A DNA stretch of 64,000 nt from a virus: IMG/VR virus record IMGVR_UViG_3300045988_135886; one strand, given 5' to 3'. The notes under the pieces were generated by a model. It made no database searches. It worked only from the letters and a program-made list of their open reading frames with translations, and was not told the origin of the DNA. Made by a program: the position numbers and the translations under genes. Below, piece after piece: positions 11,128-19,326 of this stretch (position 1 is its first letter; every line of letters starts with the position of its first letter).

Positions 11128-11881
11128 AGATGCTTCCGCTAATGCCTAAGGCTTCAGCAAGTAGTGTTTTCAGAGGCTCTGATGGATTCTGATCATTCAA
11201 CCATCCTAAATAACTATCTGGAATTTCAGAGAGTGGTTCTCCCTTATGTTTGCCGAATGGCATAAGATATGTTTCTGGTGTAGGTTTGAATTCTTTCATC
11301 AGTTCATCTACTTCAGTTTCATCAAAAGATACTGTTAAATCTTTTCTTGATGCTAAATAATCTGCTAAGTGAACTATCATCTGACCTTTTGTTTCTGGTA
11401 ATGGCAGCTCATCTTTACTTCTTTTATCTGTGTTCCATTCACCCATATGTGAGGCGCAACAGTTTGCAATATAATCCAATTCTTCATCTGGCAACCATTC
11501 AAATCCTTTATAGGATTTTATTCTCTCAGCTATAAGTAACGGGTGTTTAAAAAGAGTATATTGACTGCCATTACGCCCAAGTTTTTCATCATCATGGTTC
11601 ATAATAGCTGTTCGTAGCATATCTCTTTCTCTTGATGTAAACTGACTCTTGATACAATCAATTGACAGCATATGGTTTAAGAATCTAGTTGCCCCTTTTA
11701 CATGTTTAGCAAGTCCCATAAAACCAACTGTATAATCAGGGTGATACTTGTTAGTACTTGAAGCAGACACTTGCCAGAAATATGTAGGCGCAGTATCTAG
11801 TAATTCAATACAAAATTCCTGAATATCATCATTTTCAAATACTTCTAATTCTTCCTTAAAAAATCTCTCTGCTAATGTCAT
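11111..11881 (-). CDS. HD-domain phosphohydrolase with DUF3820-like C-terminus
   Basis: 256 aa. KYHPD...MNHDDEK...HLADYL motifs, and C-terminal KHKGEPLSEIPDSYLGWL. Confidence 0.55.
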   Translation of the reverse strand: MTLAERFFKEELEVFENDDIQEFCIELLDTAPTYFWQVSASSTNKYHPDYTVGFMGLAKHVKGATRFLNHMLSIDCIKSQFTSRERDMLRTAIMNHDDEKLGRNGSQYTLFKHPLLIAERIKSYKGFEWLPDEELDYIANCCASHMGEWNTDKRSKDELPLPETKGQMIVHLADYLASRKDLTVSFDETEVDELMKEFKPTPETYLMPFGKHKGEPLSEIPDSYLGWLNDQNPSEPLKTLLAEALGISGSIFEEEA

Positions 11882-13167
11882 ACAGTTTCCTCCTCAATAA
11901 TTTCTTGTGCCTCTTCCATATCCGGTGTATCAGAGGAATCTTTTATCAATCCTTCAAGGACCTTGAAAGTGAAATTCTTGTGCTTATAAGCCTTAAAGCT
12001 ACTTCTATTATCAATTCTTACAACTACACCTTCTCTAACATGTGTCACCCCTATTGGATCAGGCCCATCATAATATTTTTCCACACGCTCCATAAGATCT
12101 TCTTTAGTAGTAAACAGGAATTTATCAAATTCAGGTACATGTTTAACTCCTAAACGATCACACCAATTCTTTACTTCTTCCCATGGAATCTCTGTAATAA
12201 CTCCATCTTCATTGGTCATAGTCATTCTATAAACATAAATATCAGAAGTACCAGGAGTACACCCATAAGAGAACACTGTTTCATCACCGTAAAGCTTCTT
12301 AACTTCTTTATCTTTAATTTTAGCGTTGGAACAGGTTCCCATAATGGTCTGCTCTGTACCATCAACCCATCCTACAATTTCATAAAATACTTCCATTCCT
12401 TTTGGCAGTCTGTCAATAAAGTAGTCATGATATTTCTGTCTAAATTTATCATTCCCATAGTAACCGCCTTCAAATACAACTCTTCTTGTTCCAGTAACTA
12501 TTTTCCATTCTTTGATAACAGGAGCCGGTCTACAAAAAAGTTTCTGTAGTAGAGTCTTTTTCTTAGTAGTTACTTCTATTGCATTTGCTGTTCGACCAGA
12601 TGTGCCATGCATTTTCAAAGTAATGTAACAAGTATCTCCTGGTTTAAAGGCATTTAAGTTATATGCTAACTGTTCTGTATCAGCATGTTCTTTAAAATAA
12701 GGAAATTTGTTTTTTAAATTTGGAGTTTTTACTTTCGGACCATTGTTAGATTTTTTATGATTTGATCTTGGAATATATTTTTTACAGATAACTGTCCCAT
12801 TAAGTACAGTAATTTGATCTCCTAAAGATAACTTATTTATATCAGTCCATTTGCTAAGAGATTCTACTGGTAAAACCAATCCTTCTGATTTTTCACCTCG
12901 CAGTCTCATAGCTTTAATGTTTCGTTTTACAGGATCAAGATATCCACCTGTAGTTGTTCCATCTTCATTTTTAATACGCAGCAAATTGTTTTCTTTTGCA
13001 AATTCTTCTCCTAGCTGACCATCAACCGGGAAAAATACAACTTTCTGCCCTTCGTAATAACTTAAATCAACAATAACCGTATTTCCAAAAACGGTACCAA
13101 GCTGGAGCCTATCAGCATTGCTGTGTTTACGAAGTTGCTTAAGCTCAGTAATGTAAGCACAATACAT
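11878..13167 (-). CDS. ATP-dependent RNA ligase, DRB0094/Rnl5-like
   Basis: 429 aa. N-terminal ...HSNADRLQLGTVFGNTVIV OB-like module and the lysine nucleotidyltransferase motif LKMHGTSGR. Confidence 0.65.
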   Translation of the reverse strand: MYCAYITELKQLRKHSNADRLQLGTVFGNTVIVDLSYYEGQKVVFFPVDGQLGEEFAKENNLLRIKNEDGTTTGGYLDPVKRNIKAMRLRGEKSEGLVLPVESLSKWTDINKLSLGDQITVLNGTVICKKYIPRSNHKKSNNGPKVKTPNLKNKFPYFKEHADTEQLAYNLNAFKPGDTCYITLKMHGTSGRTANAIEVTTKKKTLLQKLFCRPAPVIKEWKIVTGTRRVVFEGGYYGNDKFRQKYHDYFIDRLPKGMEVFYEIVGWVDGTEQTIMGTCSNAKIKDKEVKKLYGDETVFSYGCTPGTSDIYVYRMTMTNEDGVITEIPWEEVKNWCDRLGVKHVPEFDKFLFTTKEDLMERVEKYYDGPDPIGVTHVREGVVVRIDNRSSFKAYKHKNFTFKVLEGLIKDSSDTPDMEEAQEIIEEETV

Positions 13168-13322
13168 TAAGTATTGAATACCTCTTTCTCACTCATAATT
13201 CTCTTGCACAGATCAATTACATCTGTGTTGCCTCCTTTTACTTCGTTATATATTTTAGTAACACCATAAAGTTTTCCTATATGGAATCCTTTGTTATATG
13301 TATCAGTAATTTTCTTTTTCAT
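13167..13322 (-). CDS. Small ORF (51 aa), hypothetical
   Basis: Below the track cutoff. MKKKITDTYNKGFHIGKLYG...; its stop overlaps the ligase ATG (TAATG). The SD is weak. Confidence 0.35.
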   Translation of the reverse strand: MKKKITDTYNKGFHIGKLYGVTKIYNEVKGGNTDVIDLCKRIMSEKEVFNT

Positions 13323-13333
13323 CTTTTTTCTAG

Positions 13334-13891
13334 TTATAAACACGTAGCTCCTCCTGTTATTTCTTCTAAAGTTCTAGGAGTATAATTCAGCAGCATTGCT
13401 CCGACATTATACATTTTACATGGTGTATTATATAGATTTTCCATTTCATACTTTGTTCTTTGCATCATATTATTTTCAAAACCTGTATGTACATGTCCAT
13501 ATAAATGATACCAACCATAGTAATGATTCTTAAAACAAGGAATCGGATAATGACAGAGAATAATACTCTCTTTTGGATTAAGGTATAGTTCTTTATAATC
13601 AACTATTTCTACAAACAAATTCTGTAAATCTTTGTTTTTCAGAATCTTATTATCATGATTTCCTTTTATTAAATGAATCCTACCATTTAGCTGGCTATAA
13701 TACTCTAATGTTTTAGTTGATCCATACCAACTAATATCTCCCAAAAGATAAACATCATCATCTAAGCCAACTACTGAATTCCAATTATTTTTAATAGTTT
13801 CATCGTTCTCTTCTATTGTCTTAAATGGTCTAGCATCGAATGCCAATGCATTTGTGTGACCAATATGTAAGTCTGAAATATAATAATTCAT
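13334..13891 (-). CDS. Metallophosphoesterase
   Basis: 185 aa. DLHIGH, GDISW, GNHD, GHVH motif series. Confidence 0.8.
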   Translation of the reverse strand: MNYYISDLHIGHTNALAFDARPFKTIEENDETIKNNWNSVVGLDDDVYLLGDISWYGSTKTLEYYSQLNGRIHLIKGNHDNKILKNKDLQNLFVEIVDYKELYLNPKESIILCHYPIPCFKNHYYGWYHLYGHVHTGFENNMMQRTKYEMENLYNTPCKMYNVGAMLLNYTPRTLEEITGGATCL

Positions 13892-14040
13892 AAACTACTC
13901 ACCACAACACTAAGTATATCAATAACGCCAACAATTAGTAATATTATATAAAATCTTGTTCCATGTATCCCTATTGATGAACAATAAGCTCCTAGAATAC
14001 CCCAGCATAGAATATTCAAAATTGATAAAAATGTTTTCAT
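13888..14040 (-). CDS. Small membrane protein (50 aa)
   Basis: Below the track cutoff. MKTFLSILNILCWGILGAYCSS...IILLIVGVIDILSVVV. ATGA overlap with the next gene. Confidence 0.4.
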   Translation of the reverse strand: MKTFLSILNILCWGILGAYCSSIGIHGTRFYIILLIVGVIDILSVVVSSL

Positions 14041-14258
14041 AGCTCACCTACCCAATCCTCATAAATATTATCTGCATGTGCTTCAATGTCATCATGTAAC
14101 GTCTCTTCTGGATAATCAATAAGAGAATCTATTACATAAGAATCCATAACTAAACTTGATACTTTACTGTCTGACAACTGATATTTTGTTTTTAATGTAT
14201 CTTTCAAGGCTTCAATATAAGTTTTGGCACTTTTCGTAAGTTTTAATGCATCCGTCAT
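14037..14258 (-). CDS. Hypothetical protein
   Basis: 73-aa acidic ORF packed in the operon. Confidence 0.5.
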   Translation of the reverse strand: MTDALKLTKSAKTYIEALKDTLKTKYQLSDSKVSSLVMDSYVIDSLIDYPEETLHDDIEAHADNIYEDWVGEL

Positions 14259-14262
14259 CGTT

Positions 14263-15039
14263 CTACTCCTGTAATTTTCGTGCTGAATAACAAATTTCTT
14301 TATATTTCATGACTGCATCATACACTTCATCTGGAATTATATTTTTATATTGTTTGACGACAATTTCTATAATTTTCTTTTTAGCAATGTTATACGAATT
14401 ACTTGCTTCCTCTTCTGACTCGAAACGTCCCAAATAAATTTTTTCTCCATTAACTCCATTGCAACTTGCTATATATGCTCCAGACTTTATTTTTTGTACT
14501 CCTAAAGCATAATTACCTCTATCATTTTTTCTATCTAGCACAATTGTATTTAATCTATGGGGTAATAACAAACAGGTGTCGGGACTATATATTTTATTTC
14601 CAATAACTTTTATATCTTTGTCCAATTCAAGTGAGTCGTCCTTTGATAAGGCATATTTATGTTCGCTGTACCATTTTGCAAAATTTTGATAATTTTTCCA
14701 TTCGTCGCATACATAGCAATCAATATAATTTTGATTTTTAATATATTTATCGCTATAACATCTTGTTAACATAGATCCCCATTTTGTATATTCTTCTGTA
14801 TGAGAAACACCAACTTTAGTTTTAAAAGGACCATAACCTCTATAACCAACACCTAAATAAGTGGGAATATTATAGTTCATAATATTTCCTTTTTTGAAAT
14901 ATTGATAATAAGTGTGTCTCACAATAATTCCATCTTCGAATTGGATATCAATATCGTGGACATTTTTATATCTAATAATTTGCATCTTTAATCCTTGTTT
15001 ATTAATATTTTCTTCTCCGGTTCGGTCTATTTTTTGCAT
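14263..15039 (-). CDS. AP2-domain DNA-binding protein, like a free-standing homing endonuclease
   Basis: 258 aa. C-terminal GEKIYLGRFESEEEASNSYN AP2-type motif and W..M..RC...VCDEW segment. No HNH or GIY-YIG catalytic motif recognised. Confidence 0.5.
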   Translation of the reverse strand: MQKIDRTGEENINKQGLKMQIIRYKNVHDIDIQFEDGIIVRHTYYQYFKKGNIMNYNIPTYLGVGYRGYGPFKTKVGVSHTEEYTKWGSMLTRCYSDKYIKNQNYIDCYVCDEWKNYQNFAKWYSEHKYALSKDDSLELDKDIKVIGNKIYSPDTCLLLPHRLNTIVLDRKNDRGNYALGVQKIKSGAYIASCNGVNGEKIYLGRFESEEEASNSYNIAKKKIIEIVVKQYKNIIPDEVYDAVMKYKEICYSARKLQE

Positions 15040-15041
15040 AG

Positions 15042-15887
15042 TTAATTCACCCTTATAATCTGTTCATACAAACAAATATCCTTATCAGAAACTGCAAGAT
15101 TTTGATGATAATGTCCAAAAATATTTTTTCTATAATCAACATTGCACCTTACTTCTTCCAGATAATTAGTTAACTTATCCGGTTTATACAATCCATGTGA
15201 TAATAATGCTGCTGTAGAAGAAGCTGTACAATGTGTTAGGATAAAATCTACTTTATTATCATGTTCTGCCAGGTTCTTTATACCTTCATCCATCTCTTCT
15301 TGATTCGGCATTTCTCGCTCCCACCATGAAATGTGATTGATGCGGTACATTTTATCCGGATCATCCCTCCATTCCTTTACTCTTGGATCGTCAATCTCTA
15401 ATACTCCATCTGAAATATCATGACTTGCAGCCCCTCCAAAGGTAAAGAATTTTAAATCGTCTATCTCAAACACCTGTCCTCTCATAAGATGAATTATTGA
15501 TGGTTTAATAAAATGCACCTTACCACCATGCCATTCTTCTACTGGATAAGAATCTAATATGTCGTAATTTTCATGATTACCATCAATAAAGAGTGTTGTG
15601 AAATGCTTCTCTTCAAGCCAATTCAAATACCATCTCTGTTGTGGTGAATCTCTCCATATCCCAAAATCTCCAAGAACAATTACATAATCATCTTTAGTCA
15701 TCTCTCTTTGTTCTGGGAACGAGTCCATATTTAATCTATGGATCCAACCCCCATGTGTATCACCCGTAATCCAAATTATTTCCACCACCTCCAACAATAT
15801 GTAGCGATTGAAAATCCTATAAGAATCATGAAATATGCTATAGGTATCGCAAAAAACATTTTCATAATTGAAATTAGTAAAATACAC
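15042..15887 (-). CDS. Metallophosphoesterase (Ser/Thr-phosphatase-like)
   Basis: ITGDTHGG, VLGDFG, DGNHENYD, GHYH motifs. The first ~35 codons overlap ORF 15776..16018, so the true (probably non-ATG) start is likely near 15780. Confidence 0.75.
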   Translation of the reverse strand: MYFTNFNYENVFCDTYSIFHDSYRIFNRYILLEVVEIIWITGDTHGGWIHRLNMDSFPEQREMTKDDYVIVLGDFGIWRDSPQQRWYLNWLEEKHFTTLFIDGNHENYDILDSYPVEEWHGGKVHFIKPSIIHLMRGQVFEIDDLKFFTFGGAASHDISDGVLEIDDPRVKEWRDDPDKMYRINHISWWEREMPNQEEMDEGIKNLAEHDNKVDFILTHCTASSTAALLSHGLYKPDKLTNYLEEVRCNVDYRKNIFGHYHQNLAVSDKDICLYEQIIRVN

Positions 15888-16018
15888 AGGTCTAATTTTT
15901 TATCCGCAATCATGTTTAATATTCTTACTACTGGCAAAAGCATTAACTTCCAACCACTACATATAGCTCCAATTACTCCACATATAGCAGAAATCCATCC
16001 CATGGTTTGCTTAATCAC
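15776..16018 (-). CDS. Small multi-TM membrane protein
   Basis: 80 aa with hydrophobic segments WISAICGVIGAICSGW and FFAIPIAYFMILIGFSIATY. Confidence 0.5.
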   Translation of the reverse strand: MIKQTMGWISAICGVIGAICSGWKLMLLPVVRILNMIADKKLDLCILLISIMKMFFAIPIAYFMILIGFSIATYCWRWWK

Positions 16019-16380
16019 TTAATTCCTCCTAAACTATCAATCCATTGTTTTACCTTGCCATTATCGTATGTTTTTGTAATCAATACGGCAGACACTGTTT
16101 GCCCTATTCTTCCATGATATTTACGATATGTACTTTCATCACTAAGTGAATATTCAGTTCCGTTATAATTTACCGTAATTTCATATTCAGCATAATCAGT
16201 TCGAAATTGCGGAACATGATTAACCATACCTGTAAAACGGGTTTCTTTAGGTTTATAATATTCATTTACAACTGTGACCTTCACGCTTTCCTCTTTTTTA
16301 TCAATGCATTTAGCGCAACCAGTTAATGTTGAAATACTTATCAATAAAACTCCTAAAATACTTAATACTTTCTTTTTCAT
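16015..16380 (-). CDS. Lipoprotein
   Basis: MKKKVLSILGVLLISISTLTGC signal peptide with lipobox. The ATG at 16380 overlaps the upstream stop (ATGA). SD GGAGAGAG. Confidence 0.7.
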   Translation of the reverse strand: MKKKVLSILGVLLISISTLTGCAKCIDKKEESVKVTVVNEYYKPKETRFTGMVNHVPQFRTDYAEYEITVNYNGTEYSLSDESTYRKYHGRIGQTVSAVLITKTYDNGKVKQWIDSLGGIK

Positions 16381-16550
16381 AAACTCTCTCCTACATTTGT
16401 AGTTAAGGTCCAATCTTTTTGAGTTCCATAAGGATAAGAACCATATGTTATAGTATTATCCTCAGTAGTTTCAGTTCTGGTCGTCTCCTCAATAAGATGA
16501 CCTTCTTTATCATATTTCTTAGTAGTTTCCGTAATCGTAGTTTTTACCAT
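16377..16550 (-). CDS. Hypothetical Thr/Glu-rich protein (57 aa)
   Basis: ATG at 16550 preceded by AAGGAGGAG. The track start at 16583 is a GTG in the leader. Confidence 0.5.
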   Translation of the reverse strand: MVKTTITETTKKYDKEGHLIEETTRTETTEDNTITYGSYPYGTQKDWTLTTNVGESL

Positions 16551-16566
16551 TGTCTCCTCCTTTATA

Positions 16567-16595
16567 TTGACAAACCACCTCACCTAAAGTACAAT
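16567..16595 (+). promoter_or_regulatory. Near-consensus sigma-70-type promoter on the plus strand
   Basis: TTGACA (16567-16572), a 17-nt spacer, then TACAAT (16590-16595). It points into the only sizeable gap of the minus-strand operon. Confidence 0.55.
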
Positions 16596-16691
16596 ACGAT
16601 TGATCCCAGGTCTGTACCGGGTGAGGATCTTCTGAATGGGTAATGTGATATGGGATTGTATCACACATTATTTTTGAAGGAGGTGTTGCCT

Positions 16692-16847
16692 ATGGCAGCA
16701 GATATCATAACTATACTTACTTGCTTTTGGCCGACATTACAATTCGTAGTTGTTAACGTTATCCTCACCCTACGCAGCCACCTCATTATTACTGACGCAA
16801 AATCCCTATATTCGCTGTTTTTTCTACTACCGTCAGTGTTGGTATAG
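16692..16847 (+). CDS. Small hydrophobic peptide (51 aa), the only credible plus-strand gene
   Basis: GAAGGAGGTG SD (16676-16685) 6 nt upstream of the ATG at 16692. MAADIITILTCFWPTLQFVVVNVILTLRSHLIITDAKSLYSLFFLLPSVLV. It has its own promoter and terminator. Confidence 0.5.
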   Translation: MAADIITILTCFWPTLQFVVVNVILTLRSHLIITDAKSLYSLFFLLPSVLV

Positions 16848-16865
16848 CTCCACACCGTTATTTTT
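16836..16865 (+). terminator. Intrinsic terminator candidate for the plus-strand minigene
   Basis: GTGTTGG-TATAGCT-CCACAC hairpin (one bulge) followed by CGTTATTTTT. The stop codon lies in the loop. Confidence 0.45.
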
Positions 16866-16922
16866 AACAGCACTGTAATTACAGCCGGCTCCTATCTCGC
16901 TATACGTTACCCTCATTATTAA

Positions 16923-17894
16923 TTATTTATTTTCAACAGTTGCTACATTGCCTGATGTTAATTCTCCTGCGTCAACAATTGTTGCAGCGTTTCCACCCTG
17001 TACCTTCGGCACATCACCATTCCATTTATCAATTTTCTGTTTCTCAATAAGCTCTGGAGTAAGAGACTCGGCAATTTTCTTATTTGCTTCTGCTTCAGCA
17101 TCCGCTTTAATTCTTGTTGCTTCCGCTTTACCTTCAGCAGTAATCTTCGCCTGTTCAGCCTCAATAGCGGCCTTTTCTTTATCCTGTTCTGCTGCAATAA
17201 GAGCAACTTCTTTATCTTTATCTGCCTGTACCTTTGCAGTCTTAGCTTCAATATTTGCAAGTTCCAGTTCCTGCTGTGCATTTACTTTCTTCTGAATAGC
17301 TGCCTGAGTTTCGTCATCGGTTGAAATCGAAGTAAAGTTTACAGTATCAATGATAATTCCATATGGCTCAAATTTCTTTTTTAAGTATTTGTCAAGTGCT
17401 TCATTCAGTTCCTGGCGTTTATCACCAAATACATCTGTTACCGGATACTTAGCAGTCACTTCCTGTGTCCACGCTTTCATCTTTGGTTTAATGAAAGTAT
17501 TTTTTACACTTTCTCCGGACTGACCTTTAAATTTTGTAAATACATCAGCAACTTGATCCTGATCGAACTTATAAGAGAATTCCAAATCAACAAGAAGCTG
17601 TTTTCCATCAGCAGTAGGTGTCTTAAAACTCTCATCTTTTGGTGAATCACCTTTATCTTCTGAAGTCAGATAAGACTGTTCAATACCAATTGAATACAGT
17701 GATGTTTTTACTGTAGGTGAAATCAAATTCCATCCCTGTGGAAGAGTATCTTTTGAAATTCCACCGTTCATCTTGTATTCTACAGCTACATAACCAGCAG
17801 GAACTCTTACTGTGCACTTTGCTATACAAATTAATCCTGCTGCAATTATTACTGCTAATCCAACCCCACCTAAAAAACCTTTTTTCTTTTTCAT
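16923..17894 (-). CDS. SPFH/band-7 (stomatin/prohibitin-like) membrane protein
   Basis: 323 aa. N-terminal TM anchor, SPFH core (VPAGYVAVEYKMNGG...), Ala/Glu/Lys coiled-coil tail. Confidence 0.8.
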   Translation of the reverse strand: MKKKKGFLGGVGLAVIIAAGLICIAKCTVRVPAGYVAVEYKMNGGISKDTLPQGWNLISPTVKTSLYSIGIEQSYLTSEDKGDSPKDESFKTPTADGKQLLVDLEFSYKFDQDQVADVFTKFKGQSGESVKNTFIKPKMKAWTQEVTAKYPVTDVFGDKRQELNEALDKYLKKKFEPYGIIIDTVNFTSISTDDETQAAIQKKVNAQQELELANIEAKTAKVQADKDKEVALIAAEQDKEKAAIEAEQAKITAEGKAEATRIKADAEAEANKKIAESLTPELIEKQKIDKWNGDVPKVQGGNAATIVDAGELTSGNVATVENK

Positions 17895-18061
17895 TACTCA
17901 TTCCCCTTATCTTTTTCTTTATTTTCTTCTCTATTTATTTCGTCTGTTGCATCTTTCCAAATTCTATACAAGAATCGTCCGAATGGATAAAACAATGCAG
18001 ATAATAGGAACCATAAAATTACTGCTCCAACCAATACTAAAAATACAAATACTGGATTCAT
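17894..18061 (-). CDS. Small TM protein upstream of the SPFH gene
   Basis: MNPVFVFLVLVGAVILWFLLSALFYPF. ATG at 18061 with SD AAGGAGAGAG. Confidence 0.5.
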   Translation of the reverse strand: MNPVFVFLVLVGAVILWFLLSALFYPFGRFLYRIWKDATDEINREENKEKDKGNE

Positions 18062-18071
18062 ACTCTCTCCT

Positions 18072-18356
18072 TTATAATTCAATACCTTCCATAACAGCTC
18101 TAGCTTCTAAGATAGCTAAATAGTTTGCCATAGCATCAATCTGAATATTATAAGTACTTCTTGGACATGTTGGCTCAAAACTAAGAGTTCCATTGTCCCA
18201 TTTAAAAAGCATAGACTGTAAACCTCTGAATCTAAGCATTAACTGATAATACTCAGCTTTAAATCTTTCTTTATAATCTGGGCTAACCATCATTTCTGTT
18301 GTTTCTTTTAATGTTTTTACCATGTTATTTATCTCCTTTATGTTCTTTAATATCAT
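18072..18356 (-). CDS. Hypothetical protein (crAss001_48-like SPDYKERFKAEY motif)
   Basis: 94 aa. SPDYKERFKAEYYQLMLRFRGLQSML resembles a widespread phage family of unknown function. Confidence 0.5.
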   Translation of the reverse strand: MILKNIKEINNMVKTLKETTEMMVSPDYKERFKAEYYQLMLRFRGLQSMLFKWDNGTLSFEPTCPRSTYNIQIDAMANYLAILEARAVMEGIEL

Positions 18357-18474
18357 TTACGAGTGTCCAAGTGAAAAAAGCTACTAGCATTAAACTAAAT
18401 AAATTTTTATAAGTAATAAGATCTACTAATGATATTGCTATAAAAATAGCATATCAAGGATGATAAAAAATTTG

Positions 18475-18921
18475 TTAAACTTCATTTAATTCATCTCTCA
18501 CTCTCATAAGTATCTTCCCAAGCCTATTTTCACCAACTCCATCTACAGTTCCCCAAATAGTGTCTCCCCAAGTATTACCCTCTTCCAAATATTCATCTCC
18601 TGTAGCAAGTAATTTTTCCTTAAGGTCTGGATTCTGAGTGAATTTAGCCAGTACGATTTCATACATTACTTTATCTTTCACTTCTTCCCAATCTGATCTC
18701 AAATCAATCTTTCTACCTGCTGCCTTTGCCTCTGATGGGCTAGCTTGAGAAAATAACTGGAATTTTAGTCTACGATTTTTTGTTTTCTGTGCTTGAAAAG
18801 CTGCTTCATTATTTGTATAGTCCCATCCGTTATAACTTACCGGTGCCATATAAAAGTTACTTAAAAAGTAATAATCTCCAGTAAAACTATTAATCATTCT
18901 TTTTCCTTCCTTAATAATCAC
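18475..18921 (-). CDS. NADAR-family (YbiA/DUF1768) protein, candidate ADP-ribosyl hydrolase
   Basis: 148 aa. GDYYFLSNFY...NNEAAFQAQK...GDTIWG motifs. Confidence 0.75.
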   Translation of the reverse strand: MIIKEGKRMINSFTGDYYFLSNFYMAPVSYNGWDYTNNEAAFQAQKTKNRRLKFQLFSQASPSEAKAAGRKIDLRSDWEEVKDKVMYEIVLAKFTQNPDLKEKLLATGDEYLEEGNTWGDTIWGTVDGVGENRLGKILMRVRDELNEV

Positions 18922-19093
18922 TACAAGTTACTGTCAAACTTACAAATCCATCATTTTGCTCAAAAGATGTAATAAGCTCATCTTTTACCAATTCTTCTAC
19001 TATATCTCTGTCAGTTATTTTTGTTCCAATTAATTCAGGATCAGTCAAGTTGTATTCAGCTTCTACAGTGATCACTCTTTTTGTTGGTATCAA
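18911..19093 (-). CDS. Hypothetical protein (TTG start)
   Basis: 60-aa acidic ORF. Confidence 0.4.
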   Translation of the reverse strand: MIPTKRVITVEAEYNLTDPELIGTKITDRDIVEELVKDELITSFEQNDGFVSLTVTCSDY

Positions 19094-19193
19094 AATTTCT
19101 TTCTCACATGCATCATCAATTGGTTTATTTAATATTCTTTTTCCTCTTTGCGTAATATCACCTCCATATTTTATTTCATTGTTTAACCTCCTT

Positions 19194-19243
19194 AAGTGTA
19201 GGTGAGGAATCGAACCTCACCTTAACCTTTTGTTACTACACTT
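19194..19243 (-). other. tRNA-like minihelix (acceptor stem plus T-arm only)
   Basis: Minus strand: AAGTGTA-G-TAACAAAAGGTTAA-GGTGAGG-TTCGATT-CCTCACC-TACACTT. There is a canonical T-loop but no D or anticodon arm. Confidence 0.35.
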
Positions 19244-19326
19244 ATTTTCTCTTCCCTACAAAGAACCCAACTAAGAAACAGGCTAATAAGCATACCGCAA
19301 ACACGCCTATATTCAACACTATCATT

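Noticed and set aside
13334-15887. AP2-domain endonuclease-like gene splitting a single metallophosphoesterase gene
   Set aside because: Both flanking metallophosphoesterase ORFs each contain a complete motif series (D.H / GD / GNH[DE] / GH.H) and differ in family. They are separate genes, not halves of one.
16584-16922. Minus-strand riboswitch or attenuator leader for the downstream small genes
   Set aside because: Alternative pairings (GGGTGAGGAT/ATCCTCACCC, and the anti-SD-like CACCTCCTTC) are present. However, the same segment is fully explained by a complete plus-strand promoter-SD-ORF-terminator unit, and I recognise no known riboswitch core. It is kept only as a secondary possibility.
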